This document shows, piece after piece, positions 28,530 through 36,871 of a stretch of 64,000 nt of DNA. Source of the stretch: Acidimicrobiia bacterium (GTDB taxonomy: Bacteria; Actinomycetota; Acidimicrobiia; IMCC26256; PALSA-610); NCBI GenBank assembly GCA_038213435.1, contig JBBQTI010000007.1, positions 16,729-80,728 on the forward strand, given 5' to 3'. The first letter of the stretch is position 1; each line of letters opens with the position of its first letter. The notes below the pieces were generated by a model. That model saw only the letters and a list, made by a program, of their open reading frames with translations. It searched no databases and was not told the origin of the DNA. The position numbers and the translations under genes were made by a program.

Positions 28530-28973
28530 CTAGAACTTCGAGGGCCGTAGCCCGTCGGCGGCGGCAGCGGCATCGTCGGCGTAACAACGGTCGGGCTTCG
28601 TGCGCGCGTAGTTCGCGCCCCCCGGCGAGTGGTAGATCCCGCTCGCGAGCTTCGCTTTTATCGGATGGGTCGGCGGGCAGCTGCCGTCGGCGTTCGGCTC
28701 GACCCACTGCTCCGGCTCGGCTGCCGTCGCCGGCGCGGCGGACGCATCCGTGGCCGGCTCGGCCGGCGCGGCGGACGCGTCGCGCGGAACGGGCGGGAAG
28801 GGGAACGGCGCCGTCGACCATTCCACGCCTCGCGGTCGCTCCTCCGCCCTTGCGCTCCAGGCGCGCCACGCCGCATATGCGATGCCGCCGAGGATCCCGG
28901 CGCCGAGTGCCCGCTTCAGCGCCTTATGCATCGGCCGGCCCGTCAGAGTGCTCCATCCGGCGAATTCTCTCAT
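28530..28973 (-). CDS. membrane-anchored protein with a C-terminal Cys-bracketed 'sunset'-type domain
   Basis: TM segment ALGAGILGGIAYAAW, a Pro/Ala-rich linker, then CPPTHPIKAKLASGIYHSPGGANYARTKPDRCY. The start is uncertain (28973 or 28931). Confidence 0.55.
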   Translation of the reverse strand: MREFAGWSTLTGRPMHKALKRALGAGILGGIAYAAWRAWSARAEERPRGVEWSTAPFPFPPVPRDASAAPAEPATDASAAPATAAEPEQWVEPNADGSCPPTHPIKAKLASGIYHSPGGANYARTKPDRCYADDAAAAADGLRPSKF

Positions 28974-29041
28974 GCGCGGGCCGGTGGCTGCCGACCGAAG
29001 GTTTGACGAACGCGATCGACGCTGGCACACTGGAGCGACTT

Positions 29042-29095
29042 ATGCGCAAGGAGACAACGGCTTCCGCAGCTCTGCTGGTCCTCCTCCTTATGTAG
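29042..29095 (+). CDS. leucine-rich leader peptide (MRKETTASAALLVLLLM) of the leuA attenuator
   Basis: ATG 29042 with GGAG 6 nt upstream. 17 codons, with 5 Leu among the last 7 sense codons (CTG CTG GTC CTC CTC CTT), then a TAG stop. It is followed by hairpins and a U-tract terminator before leuA. Confidence 0.65.
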   Translation: MRKETTASAALLVLLLM

Positions 29096-29125
29096 GCGCG
29101 AGCGCCCGTTGGTGCTCGCGCTCGA

Positions 29126-29155
29126 CCCTCCGTGCCGACCGGCCGGAGGGTTTTT
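29126..29155 (+). terminator. intrinsic terminator (attenuator) between the leader peptide and leuA
   Basis: CCCTCCG...CGGAGGG stem (29126-29150) followed by TTTTT (29151-29155). A preceding 8-bp hairpin GCGCGAGC/GCTCGCGC lies at 29096-29121. Confidence 0.65.
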
Positions 29156-29207
29156 CGTTGCAGCAACGGGCCGGGTATCCCGGCCCGCAGAGAGCGAGTG
29201 AAGAGTT

Positions 29208-30749
29208 ATGGACACGGTCAGGATCTTCGATACGACCCTTCGAGACGGCGAGCAGTCGCCCGGTATCTCGCTCGACGTCACCGAGAAGCTCGAGATCGCC
29301 GACCAGCTCGCCCGGCTCGGCGTGGACGTGATCGAAGCCGGCTTCCCGATCGCGTCCGATGGCGATTTCGAGTCGGTCGAGGCCATCGCCAAGGCAGTGA
29401 AGGGGCCGATCATCACCGCCCTCTCGCGCACCGGCTTCAAAGATGTCGACCGGGCGTGGGAGGCGGTTCGCCACGCCGTGAAGCCGCGCATCCACGTGTT
29501 CATCGCGACGTCGAAGATTCACATGGAAAAGAAGCTCCGCATGACTCCCGAGCAGGTGAAGCACGAGGCCGGGGCGGCGGTGGCGCGGGCCAAGGGTTAC
29601 GTCGTCGACGTGGAGTTCTCGCCCGAGGACGGGTACCGCTCCGATCCCGTCTTCATGTGCGAGGTGTGCCAGATCGCGGTCGACAACGGCGCGACGACGC
29701 TGAACATCCCCGACACCGTCGGCTTCGCGGTACCGGAGGACTACGGGCAGTTGATCAAGTACGTCATCGAGACCGTGCGGGGCGATTTCATCGTCTCGAC
29801 GCACTGCCACAACGATCTCGGCCTGGCGGTCGCGAACTCGCTCGCCGGCGTCTCGAACGGCGCGCGTCAGGTCGAGTGCGCGGTCAATGGGCTCGGCGAG
29901 CGTGCGGGCAACGCCGCGCTCGAAGAGGTCGTGATGGCGATCCGGACCCGGCGCGACTACTTCGACGCGGTCGACGTGAACGTTCGCACGGAGGAGCTGG
30001 CCCGTACCTCGCGCATGGTCGCGCGTCTGACCGGCTACCACGTGCAGTACAACAAGGCCGTCGTCGGTCGCAACGCGTTCGCGCACGAAGCCGGCATTCA
30101 TCAGCATGGTGTGCTTGCAGACCGTGAGACGTACGAGATCATCGACGCTTCGACGGTCGGCCAGGAAGCGGCGCAGATCGTGCTCGGCAAGCACTCGGGT
30201 CGCCACGCGTTTGCCGACACGCTCGAGAAGATGGGAATTCACGTGCAGGGCGACGCGCTGAACAGCGCGTTCGTGCGCTTCAAGGAGCTCGCCGACAAGA
30301 AGGTCGCGATCACGGACGCCGATCTCGAGGCGATCATCGCGGAGGAGATCGGGAGCGGCAAGGTACATCGTTACGGCTTGCACGAGCTCGAGGTTCGCGG
30401 CGGCACCAGCACCCCACCGTCCGCCCGAGTGGTGCTCACCGATGCCGACGGCAAGATCGAAGCCGGCGGCACTGGAGACGGCATGATCGACGCCGCGATC
30501 GCGGCCATCGGCGAGGCGACGGGCGTGCAGGGCGTTCTCGGCAACTTCCAGGTCTCGTCGGTGACAGGTGGCGCCGACGCGCTGGGCGCGGTGACGGTGA
30601 CCGTCGACGCGGAAGGGCGCAAAGTGACGGGTCGGGGCGTCGCGACCGACGTCGTCGAAGCCTCTGCGCGCGCGTACCTCAACGCGGTCAACAAGCTCGT
30701 ACGCCTGCGCGGCCGCGACGAGGTCCGCGAGAGCACTGTCGGCCCCTGA
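29208..30749 (+). CDS. leuA: 2-isopropylmalate synthase
   Basis: MDTVRIFDTTLRDGEQSPG, HCHNDLGLAVANSLA, and a C-terminal LeuA-dimer regulatory domain. 513 aa. Confidence 0.9.
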   Translation: MDTVRIFDTTLRDGEQSPGISLDVTEKLEIADQLARLGVDVIEAGFPIASDGDFESVEAIAKAVKGPIITALSRTGFKDVDRAWEAVRHAVKPRIHVFIATSKIHMEKKLRMTPEQVKHEAGAAVARAKGYVVDVEFSPEDGYRSDPVFMCEVCQIAVDNGATTLNIPDTVGFAVPEDYGQLIKYVIETVRGDFIVSTHCHNDLGLAVANSLAGVSNGARQVECAVNGLGERAGNAALEEVVMAIRTRRDYFDAVDVNVRTEELARTSRMVARLTGYHVQYNKAVVGRNAFAHEAGIHQHGVLADRETYEIIDASTVGQEAAQIVLGKHSGRHAFADTLEKMGIHVQGDALNSAFVRFKELADKKVAITDADLEAIIAEEIGSGKVHRYGLHELEVRGGTSTPPSARVVLTDADGKIEAGGTGDGMIDAAIAAIGEATGVQGVLGNFQVSSVTGGADALGAVTVTVDAEGRKVTGRGVATDVVEASARAYLNAVNKLVRLRGRDEVRESTVGP

Positions 30750-30750
30750 C

Positions 30751-31392
30751 GTGACCGTGAATCTGTGGGTCAACGAGGAGCATGCCCTCGCCTACTTGCG
30801 CGAGCGCGACACGCTCCCGCACCGTGTCGACGCGCTCGAAGTCCTGTGCGAGCTGCTACCGGCGCGGGTCGAGCGGATCCTCGATCTCGGAACCGGCGAC
30901 GGAGTCACGCTCGGGCTCGTGCTCGCGGCGCGACCGGACGCGACCGGAATCGGTCTCGATTTCGGCGACGAGATGTTGCGCCGCGCCCGGGATCGCTTCA
31001 CGGGCGACACTCGGGTCGAGATCGACCGGCACGATCTCGATCAGCCCCTGCAGAGCGCACTCGGCGACTTCGACGTGGTCGTGTCGAGCTTCGCGATCCA
31101 CCACTGCGCGCCCGCTCGCCAACGCGCGCTTTACGGCGAGGTGTTCGAAATCTTGCGTCCGGGTGGGCTCTTCGTGAACGCCGAGCACGTGGCGTCGCCC
31201 ACCGAAGCGCTCCATCTCGAATTTCTCGCAGCACTCGGGCGGACGCCCGCCGACGACGACCCGTCCAATCAGCTCGTCGGCGTCGAACAGCATCTGACCT
31301 GGTTGAACGACCTCGGATTCGAGAATTGTGAGTGCTTTTGGAAGTGGCGCGAGCTTGCGGTGATCGCCGCGACACGGCCCGCGGTCGCATGA
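30751..31392 (+). CDS. class I SAM-dependent methyltransferase
   Basis: Motif I ILDLGTGDG, and a post-I acidic residue (GLDF). Confidence 0.7.
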   Translation: MTVNLWVNEEHALAYLRERDTLPHRVDALEVLCELLPARVERILDLGTGDGVTLGLVLAARPDATGIGLDFGDEMLRRARDRFTGDTRVEIDRHDLDQPLQSALGDFDVVVSSFAIHHCAPARQRALYGEVFEILRPGGLFVNAEHVASPTEALHLEFLAALGRTPADDDPSNQLVGVEQHLTWLNDLGFENCECFWKWRELAVIAATRPAVA

Positions 31393-31479
31393 CCCGGGGC
31401 CACGGGCGGGAACAATCACCCAACTTCGAAACTTGAACGTCGCAATAGCGACATCGGGCAATCCTGCGGAGGACGTGTG

Positions 31480-31602
31480 ATGAGCGTCATCGATTTCTTC
31501 GAGTACCTGGCCGGCAGCGCGCACACGGTCGACCTCGCGCACGAGCTCGCCGACGTGTGGGTCGCGCGCCAGATGGCCGACCTGTACGAACCCGCCGCCT
31601 GA
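31480..31602 (+). CDS. candidate 40-aa acidic small protein (MSVIDFFEYLAGSAHTVDLAHELADVWVARQMADLYEPAA)
   Basis: Below the ORF-track length cutoff. ATG 31480 is preceded by GCGGAGGA (31467-31474). Third codon positions are almost all G/C, like the surrounding genes. Confidence 0.35.
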   Translation: MSVIDFFEYLAGSAHTVDLAHELADVWVARQMADLYEPAA

Positions 31603-31610
31603 GCCGGCGG

Positions 31611-32207
31611 CTATGCCAGGGCCGACGGCAGCCAGGTTGGCCTGGTCGACTCGTAGACGTCGATCGCGTCGGCGTGTCGCAACGACAGACCGATGTCGTC
31701 GAGACCGTTGAGCAATCGGTATTGCGTGAAGTCGTCGAGCTCGAACGAGACATCGAGGTCGATGGCCGGCGCGGCGACGCGCTTGCGCTCCACGTCGACG
31801 ACGATCTCGAGGTTCGGGTCTTCCTCGATTGCTTCCCAGAGACGGTGAACCGCGGCCTCGGGGATCGCCGCGACGACGAGGCCCATCTTGCCCGCGTTAT
31901 TGCGAAAGATATCGGCGAAGCGCGTCGAGAGCACCGCCCGGAAGCCATAGTCCATGAGCGCCCAAACGGCGTGCTCTCGTGACGAGCCGGTGCCGAAGTT
32001 CGGGCCCGCGACGAGAACGTTTGCGCCCTCGTAGCGCGCCTGGTTGAGCACGAAATCGGAGTTCTCGCGCCACTCCGAGAACAATCCCTCGCCGAAACCG
32101 GTGCGCTCGACGCGCTTCAGCCAGTCGCTCGGGATGATCTGATCGGTATCGACGTCGGAGCGCACCAGCGGCAATCCGCGCCCGGTGATCACATTTACCT
32201 TCTCCAT
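31611..32207 (-). CDS. leuD: 3-isopropylmalate dehydratase small subunit
   Basis: [26 protein letters not shown]...GPNFGTGSSREHA. The ATG overlaps the leuC stop (ATGA). Confidence 0.9.
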   Translation of the reverse strand: MEKVNVITGRGLPLVRSDVDTDQIIPSDWLKRVERTGFGEGLFSEWRENSDFVLNQARYEGANVLVAGPNFGTGSSREHAVWALMDYGFRAVLSTRFADIFRNNAGKMGLVVAAIPEAAVHRLWEAIEEDPNLEIVVDVERKRVAAPAIDLDVSFELDDFTQYRLLNGLDDIGLSLRHADAIDVYESTRPTWLPSALA

Positions 32208-33691
32208 CAGCTCAGGTCTTCCGGAGTCGAGAAGCGACCCGCGATCGCGGTCGCGGCCGCGACCGCGGGCGAGACGAGGTGCGTGCGGCCGCCCTTGCCC
32301 TGACGGCCTTCGAAGTTGCGATTCGACGTCGATGCGCAACGCTCGCCCGGGGCGAGCTTGTCGGGATTCATTGCCAGGCACATCGAGCAGCCCGGTTCGC
32401 GCCAGTCGAAACCGGCTTCGCGGAACACCCGGTCGAGGCCTTCCGACTCGGCTTGGGCCTTGACCGCGGCCGACCCCGGAACCACGAGCGTCCGCACGCC
32501 GGTCTTGACCTGGCGACCGCGGGCGACGGCCGCCGCGACCCGCAGGTCCTCGATCCGCGAGTTCGTGCACGAGCCGATGAAAACGGTGTCGACCGCGATG
32601 TCGCGCATCGGTGTACCCGCCTTCAGACCCATGTACACGAGTGCCCGCTTGGCCGACTCCCTCGCCGATTCGTCGCTGAAAGTATCGGGATCGGGAACGG
32701 TGTCGTCGATCGGGATCGTCTGCGCGGGATTCGTACCCCACGACACGTGGGGTCGCAACGTTGTCGCGTCGATGAAGACCTCCTTGTCGAAGGCGGCGTC
32801 GGGGTCGGTGACGAGCGTTCGCCAGTCGTCGACCGCGCGTTCCCACTCCGCGCCTTGCGGTGCGAACTCCCGCCCGTTGACGTACGCGAACGTCGCGTCG
32901 TCGGGGGCGACCAGGCCGGCGCGGGCGCCGGCTTCGATCGACATGTTGCAGACCGTCATCCGGCCCTCGATCGACAGGCCACGGATCGCCGAACCGCGGT
33001 ACTCGATGACGGAGCCGATGCCACCGCCCGTGCCGATGCGGGCGATGATCGCGAGCACGATGTCCTTGGCCGACACGCTCGAGGGCACGTTGCCGTCGAC
33101 CGTGATCGCCATCGTCCCGGGCCTCATCTGCGGCAGCGTCTGAGTCGCGAGCACGTGCTCGACCTCGCTCGTGCCGATGCCGAATGCCAACGCGCCGAAT
33201 GCGCCGTGGGTAGAGGTGTGGCTGTCGCCGCACACGATCGTCATGCCCGGCTGCGTGAGTCCCTGCTCCGGTCCGATGACGTGGACGATCCCTTGCCCCG
33301 GATCGCGCATGCCGTAGAGCCGGATACCGAACTCTTCGCAGTTGCGCGCGAGCACGTCCATCTGCTTGGCGGAGATCGGATCGGTCAGCGGCTTGTCGAG
33401 GCCGGCGGTGGGCACGTTGTGGTCCATCGTCGCCACGGTGAGCTCGGGTCGGCGCACACGTCGGCCCGCGGCGCGCAGACCGTCGAACGCCTGCGGCGAG
33501 GTCACTTCGTGCACCAGATGCAAGTCGACGTAGAGGAGGTCGGGCTCGTCGGACGCGGAGTGGACGACGTGGCGCTCCCAGAGCTTCTCGGACAGTGTCC
33601 TCGGGGTCGCTGTCCTCGGGGTCGCTGTCCTCGGGGTCAGTGTCTTCGGGGTTGCGGTCTTCGGGGTTGCGGTCTTCGGGGTCGTCGCCAT
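32207..33691 (-). CDS. leuC: 3-isopropylmalate dehydratase large subunit with a repeat-encoded N-terminal extension
   Basis: Aconitase-family motifs ([35 protein letters not shown]). ATG 33691 with AGGAG 6 nt upstream. Residues 2-31 are (TP[KR]T[AL]) x6. Confidence 0.9.
   Translation of the reverse strand: MATTPKTATPKTATPKTLTPRTATPRTATPRTLSEKLWERHVVHSASDEPDLLYVDLHLVHEVTSPQAFDGLRAAGRRVRRPELTVATMDHNVPTAGLDKPLTDPISAKQMDVLARNCEEFGIRLYGMRDPGQGIVHVIGPEQGLTQPGMTIVCGDSHTSTHGAFGALAFGIGTSEVEHVLATQTLPQMRPGTMAITVDGNVPSSVSAKDIVLAIIARIGTGGGIGSVIEYRGSAIRGLSIEGRMTVCNMSIEAGARAGLVAPDDATFAYVNGREFAPQGAEWERAVDDWRTLVTDPDAAFDKEVFIDATTLRPHVSWGTNPAQTIPIDDTVPDPDTFSDESARESAKRALVYMGLKAGTPMRDIAVDTVFIGSCTNSRIEDLRVAAAVARGRQVKTGVRTLVVPGSAAVKAQAESEGLDRVFREAGFDWREPGCSMCLAMNPDKLAPGERCASTSNRNFEGRQGKGGRTHLVSPAVAAATAIAGRFSTPEDLS
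33597..33686 (-). repeat. 15-bp in-frame tandem repeat x6 inside the 5' end of leuC
   Basis: Plus-strand units are GTCCTCGGGGTCGCT x2, GTCCTCGGGGTCAGT, GTCTTCGGGGTTGCG x2 and GTCTTCGGGGTCGTC. They encode [30 protein letters not shown]. Confidence 0.9.
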
Positions 33692-33702
33692 GGGTTGCTC
33701 CT

Positions 33703-33719
33703 GTCTCAGTGTATGAGAC
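33703..33719. promoter_or_regulatory. inverted repeat GTCTCA-N5-TGAGAC in the 42-bp leuC / IclR-regulator divergent spacer (candidate operator)
   Basis: Perfect 6-bp arms read directly from the sequence. It is located between ATG 33691 (leuC, minus) and GTG 33734 (IclR gene, plus). Confidence 0.4.
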
Positions 33720-33733
33720 GCTAGTATCGCTAG

Positions 33734-34459
33734 GTGGTCAGTGTAACAAGCGGCATCCAGGTGGTCGATCGCGCCGTGCTGGTTCTCGACGCGGTGGCGC
33801 GCGGAGGACCCTGCTCTCTCGCCGAGCTCCAGCGTGCGACCGATCTTCCGCGCCCGACCGCGTATCGGCTCGCGGTTGCGCTCGAACGCCACGGCGTGCT
33901 GGCGCGCGACGCCGACGGGCGCTTCGTGCTCGGTCGGCGCCTGGCGGCATGGGGTGCAGTAGCGGGCCGCGGGCTGCCCGATGCCGGGCGTCCGGTGCTC
34001 GCTCGCCTGGGTGAGACAACCGGCGAGAGCGCGCAACTCTATGTACGCGAGGGTGACCACCGCGTCTGCGTCGCGGTGCACGAGCGGCCGAGCGGTCTGC
34101 GTGACACCGTGCCGCTCGGCGCAGTGTTGCCGCTCGATCGCGGCTCGGGCGGCAAGGTGCTCCTCGCGTGGGCGAGCGACGCGTCCCGGTTCGAGATCAC
34201 GGCGAGTGAGGTCGCGGCCGTGCGTCGGCGCGGCTGGGCCGCGAGCGCGGGCGAACGGGAAGCCGGCGTCGCGAGTGTGAGCGCTCCGGTCTTCGACAGG
34301 CCCGGCGTGGTCGCGGCCGCGATCAGCGTGAGCGGCCCGATCGACCGGCTCGGATTGCATCCCGGCCGCCGGTTGGGGGCTTCGGTCGCGGCCGCGGCGG
34401 CCGACCTCTCGGCCACGCTGCGCGGCACCGGCAACCCCTCGCACGTCACGGGGGGGTAA
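33734..34459 (+). CDS. IclR family transcriptional regulator (LtbR-like position, divergent from leuCD)
   Basis: N-terminal wHTH ([41 protein letters not shown]) plus a C-terminal IclR effector domain. The conserved actinobacterial arrangement next to leuCD supports the call. Confidence 0.8.
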   Translation: MVSVTSGIQVVDRAVLVLDAVARGGPCSLAELQRATDLPRPTAYRLAVALERHGVLARDADGRFVLGRRLAAWGAVAGRGLPDAGRPVLARLGETTGESAQLYVREGDHRVCVAVHERPSGLRDTVPLGAVLPLDRGSGGKVLLAWASDASRFEITASEVAAVRRRGWAASAGEREAGVASVSAPVFDRPGVVAAAISVSGPIDRLGLHPGRRLGASVAAAAADLSATLRGTGNPSHVTGG

Positions 34460-34494
34460 CAAGGGCGTAACAAATTGGCCCTACCGTCGGCTCC

Positions 34495-34995
34495 GTGAAC
34501 GTCGAGGTGGTCCGATGGCCCGCTGACGCGCAGCGGCTGGCCGAGCTTCGGGAGCTGCGCATTCCACGGTTGCTGGTCGTGGCGGACGGTGACGGAGAGC
34601 TGCCGTTGCCCGTCGACTGCCTCGAGGACTGGGTGACCCCCGGGGCGCCGGAATGGGAGGTCGATGCCCGCAGGCACGCGCTCGTGTTGCGCTCGGGCCG
34701 GCATGCGGTGCGGCCGCTGCTCGACGAGGACGGCTTGCTCCATCATCGCGACGCCTGGGTCTCGCTCTCACCGGTCGAGCAGGCGCTCGCGGGCGTGTTG
34801 CTCGACCGTTTCGGTGCGGTCGTCACCCGCGAGATGCTCGCCGATCGCGCCTGGCCGTCGGGTGTGCCGACGCGCAACGCGCTCGACGTGCACGTGCTGC
34901 GGTTGCGCCGCCGCATCGCACCCGTGGGTCTCGAGATCCGGACCGTCCGGTCGCGCGGGTATCTCATACAAACCCGCGAGGTCGTGCTGCAGTAG
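34495..34995 (+). CDS. OmpR/PhoB-type winged-helix DNA-binding protein without a recognisable receiver domain
   Basis: The C-terminal LSPVEQALAGVLLDRFGAVVTREMLADRAW...NALDVHVLRLRRRI...IRTVRSRGYLI is a trans_reg_C pattern. The N-terminal ~85 aa are unassigned. It ends in TAG at 34993-34995, the first triplet of a repeat unit. Confidence 0.6.
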   Translation: MNVEVVRWPADAQRLAELRELRIPRLLVVADGDGELPLPVDCLEDWVTPGAPEWEVDARRHALVLRSGRHAVRPLLDEDGLLHHRDAWVSLSPVEQALAGVLLDRFGAVVTREMLADRAWPSGVPTRNALDVHVLRLRRRIAPVGLEIRTVRSRGYLIQTREVVLQ

Positions 34996-35048
34996 GAAGC
35001 GAGACGACAGCGCAGCGACCGAAGGGAGCGGAGCGTGGAATCGACCCA
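34993..35048 (+). repeat. single unit of the GGAG-dense stop-codon-abutting repeat
   Basis: TAGGAAGCGAGACGACAGCGCAGCGACCGAAGGGAGCGGAGCGTGGAATCGACCCATG. Same orientation as the gene whose TAG it shares. Confidence 0.85.
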
Positions 35049-35096
35049 TGAACATGTCACGCGATTCGGTCGTCGGCGCCTGAGTAGCGTCCGGGT

Positions 35097-36869
35097 GTGC
35101 GACTCGGAATCGACAGCGGCGGGACGTTCACCGACGTCGTCGCCGCCGACGGTCGGGTCGCCAAGGTCGCGTCGACACCGGAGGATCCGGCGCGAGCGGT
35201 CGAACGGGCGGTCGATGCCGTCGACGGCCGGGGTCGGGTCGACGTGCTTGCCCACGGCACGACGGTCGCCACCAACGCCCTGCTGGAGCGGCGGGGCGCC
35301 CGGGTCGCGCTGATCGCCACGCGTGGCTTCGTCGACGAGATCGAGATCGCGCGGCAGGTCAGGCCCTCGCTCTACGACCCCTTCGTCGACCGGCCGCAAC
35401 CGCTCGTGCCGCGCGCGCTGCGGTTCGAGGTCTCCGGTCGCCTCGACGCGCGCGGCGTCGAGATCGAGCCCTTCGACGGTGCACTGCCCGAGATCGTCGA
35501 CGAGATCGACTCGATCGCCGTGTGTCTGCTGCACTCCGATCTCGACGCCCGGCTCGAGCGCGAGGTCGCCGACGCGTTACGCGCCGCACGGTCTGAGCTC
35601 GTCGTGTGTTCGCACGAGGTCAGTCCGGAGTTCCGCGAATACGAACGCATGGTTACGACGGTCGTCGAAGCATTCCTCGAGCCCGCGTGCGCGCCGTATC
35701 TGATGCAGCTCGCGGCGTTCGCGTCCGAAGCCCTGGTCATGACCTCGGCGGGCGGACTTGTGCCGGTGAACGGTGGCGCGCGCGCGGCGGCGTCGTTGCT
35801 GCTGTCGGGACCCGCCGGCGGCGTGCGCGCCGCAGCTGAGGTCGCGGCCGCATGTGGCTTCGCCGACGCGGTGAGCTTCGACATGGGCGGGACGAGCACC
35901 GACGTATGCCTCGTGCGCGGTCGCGTGCCCGAACCGACCTCCGAGCGCGTCGTCGCGGGCTTCCCGATCCGGCTGCCGGCGCTCGACGTGCACACCGTCG
36001 GCGCCGGGGGTGGCTCGATCGCCCGGCTCGACGCCGGGGGAGCCCTGGTCGTCGGCCCTCGCAGCGCCGGAGCAGTACCCGGGCCTGCATGCTACGGCCG
36101 CGGCGGCACCGACCCCACGGTCACCGATGCCGATCTCGCGCTCGGCCGTATCCCGGCCGGCTCGGCCTTCCCGGATCTCGGTCGGCTCGACGGGGCCGCG
36201 GCTCGGCGCGCGCTCGAGCGAGCGGGAGTCACCGCCGAAGGAGTCGTGCGCGTTGTCGACGCGGCGATGGAACGCGCAGTGCGCGCCGTGACCGTCGAGC
36301 GCGGTGTCGATCCGACGGAGCTCGTGCTCGTCGCATTCGGAGGCGCCGGACCGTTGCATGCCTGCGCGATCGCCGACGCGCTCGGGATGCGTGCGGTCGT
36401 TGTGCCGCCGCGCGCCGGCGTGTGCTCGGCCGCGGGTCTTTTGTGCGCACCGAAGGCTCGCGAGGTGGTTCACACCTTCCGCGGCGGATCACTGGCCGGT
36501 GCACTCACGCGCGTCGAACGCGAAGCGCGCTCCCGGGTGGGAGCGGACGCGATCGTCGAGACCGCGGTCGACTGTCGCTACGTCGGCCAGAGTCACGAGT
36601 TGACGGTGGCCTCTCCCGATGAATTCCCGGCGGAGCACGAGAGGCGCAACGGCCACGTTCGTCCGGGCGCCCCGATCGAGGTGATCGCAGTGCGGGCGCG
36701 CGCGTCGATCGCTGCTCCGTTGCGCATCACCGATCTGCCCGATGTCGACCGGCGCCGAGTGATCGGCCCTGCGGTCGTGGCCGAAGCCGACTGCACGGTG
36801 TGGGTTCCGGAAGGCTGGCGGGCCGAGCCGGCAGAGCTGGGGGCGTGGATCGTCCGCGGGGGAGGGTAG
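35097..36869 (+). CDS. hyuA: hydantoinase/oxoprolinase family protein, A subunit
   Basis: N-terminal [27 protein letters not shown], and a later DMGGTSTDV motif. 590 aa. Confidence 0.85.
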   Translation: MRLGIDSGGTFTDVVAADGRVAKVASTPEDPARAVERAVDAVDGRGRVDVLAHGTTVATNALLERRGARVALIATRGFVDEIEIARQVRPSLYDPFVDRPQPLVPRALRFEVSGRLDARGVEIEPFDGALPEIVDEIDSIAVCLLHSDLDARLEREVADALRAARSELVVCSHEVSPEFREYERMVTTVVEAFLEPACAPYLMQLAAFASEALVMTSAGGLVPVNGGARAAASLLLSGPAGGVRAAAEVAAACGFADAVSFDMGGTSTDVCLVRGRVPEPTSERVVAGFPIRLPALDVHTVGAGGGSIARLDAGGALVVGPRSAGAVPGPACYGRGGTDPTVTDADLALGRIPAGSAFPDLGRLDGAAARRALERAGVTAEGVVRVVDAAMERAVRAVTVERGVDPTELVLVAFGGAGPLHACAIADALGMRAVVVPPRAGVCSAAGLLCAPKAREVVHTFRGGSLAGALTRVEREARSRVGADAIVETAVDCRYVGQSHELTVASPDEFPAEHERRNGHVRPGAPIEVIAVRARASIAAPLRITDLPDVDRRRVIGPAVVAEADCTVWVPEGWRAEPAELGAWIVRGGG

Positions 36870-36871
36870 CG

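Noticed and set aside
35035-35313. A 92-aa ORF starting at the GTG of the solo repeat.
   Set aside because: It overlaps hyuA out of frame and its product is Arg/Ser/Pro-rich with no coding-like composition. It exists only because this repeat copy lost the mini-ORF stop.
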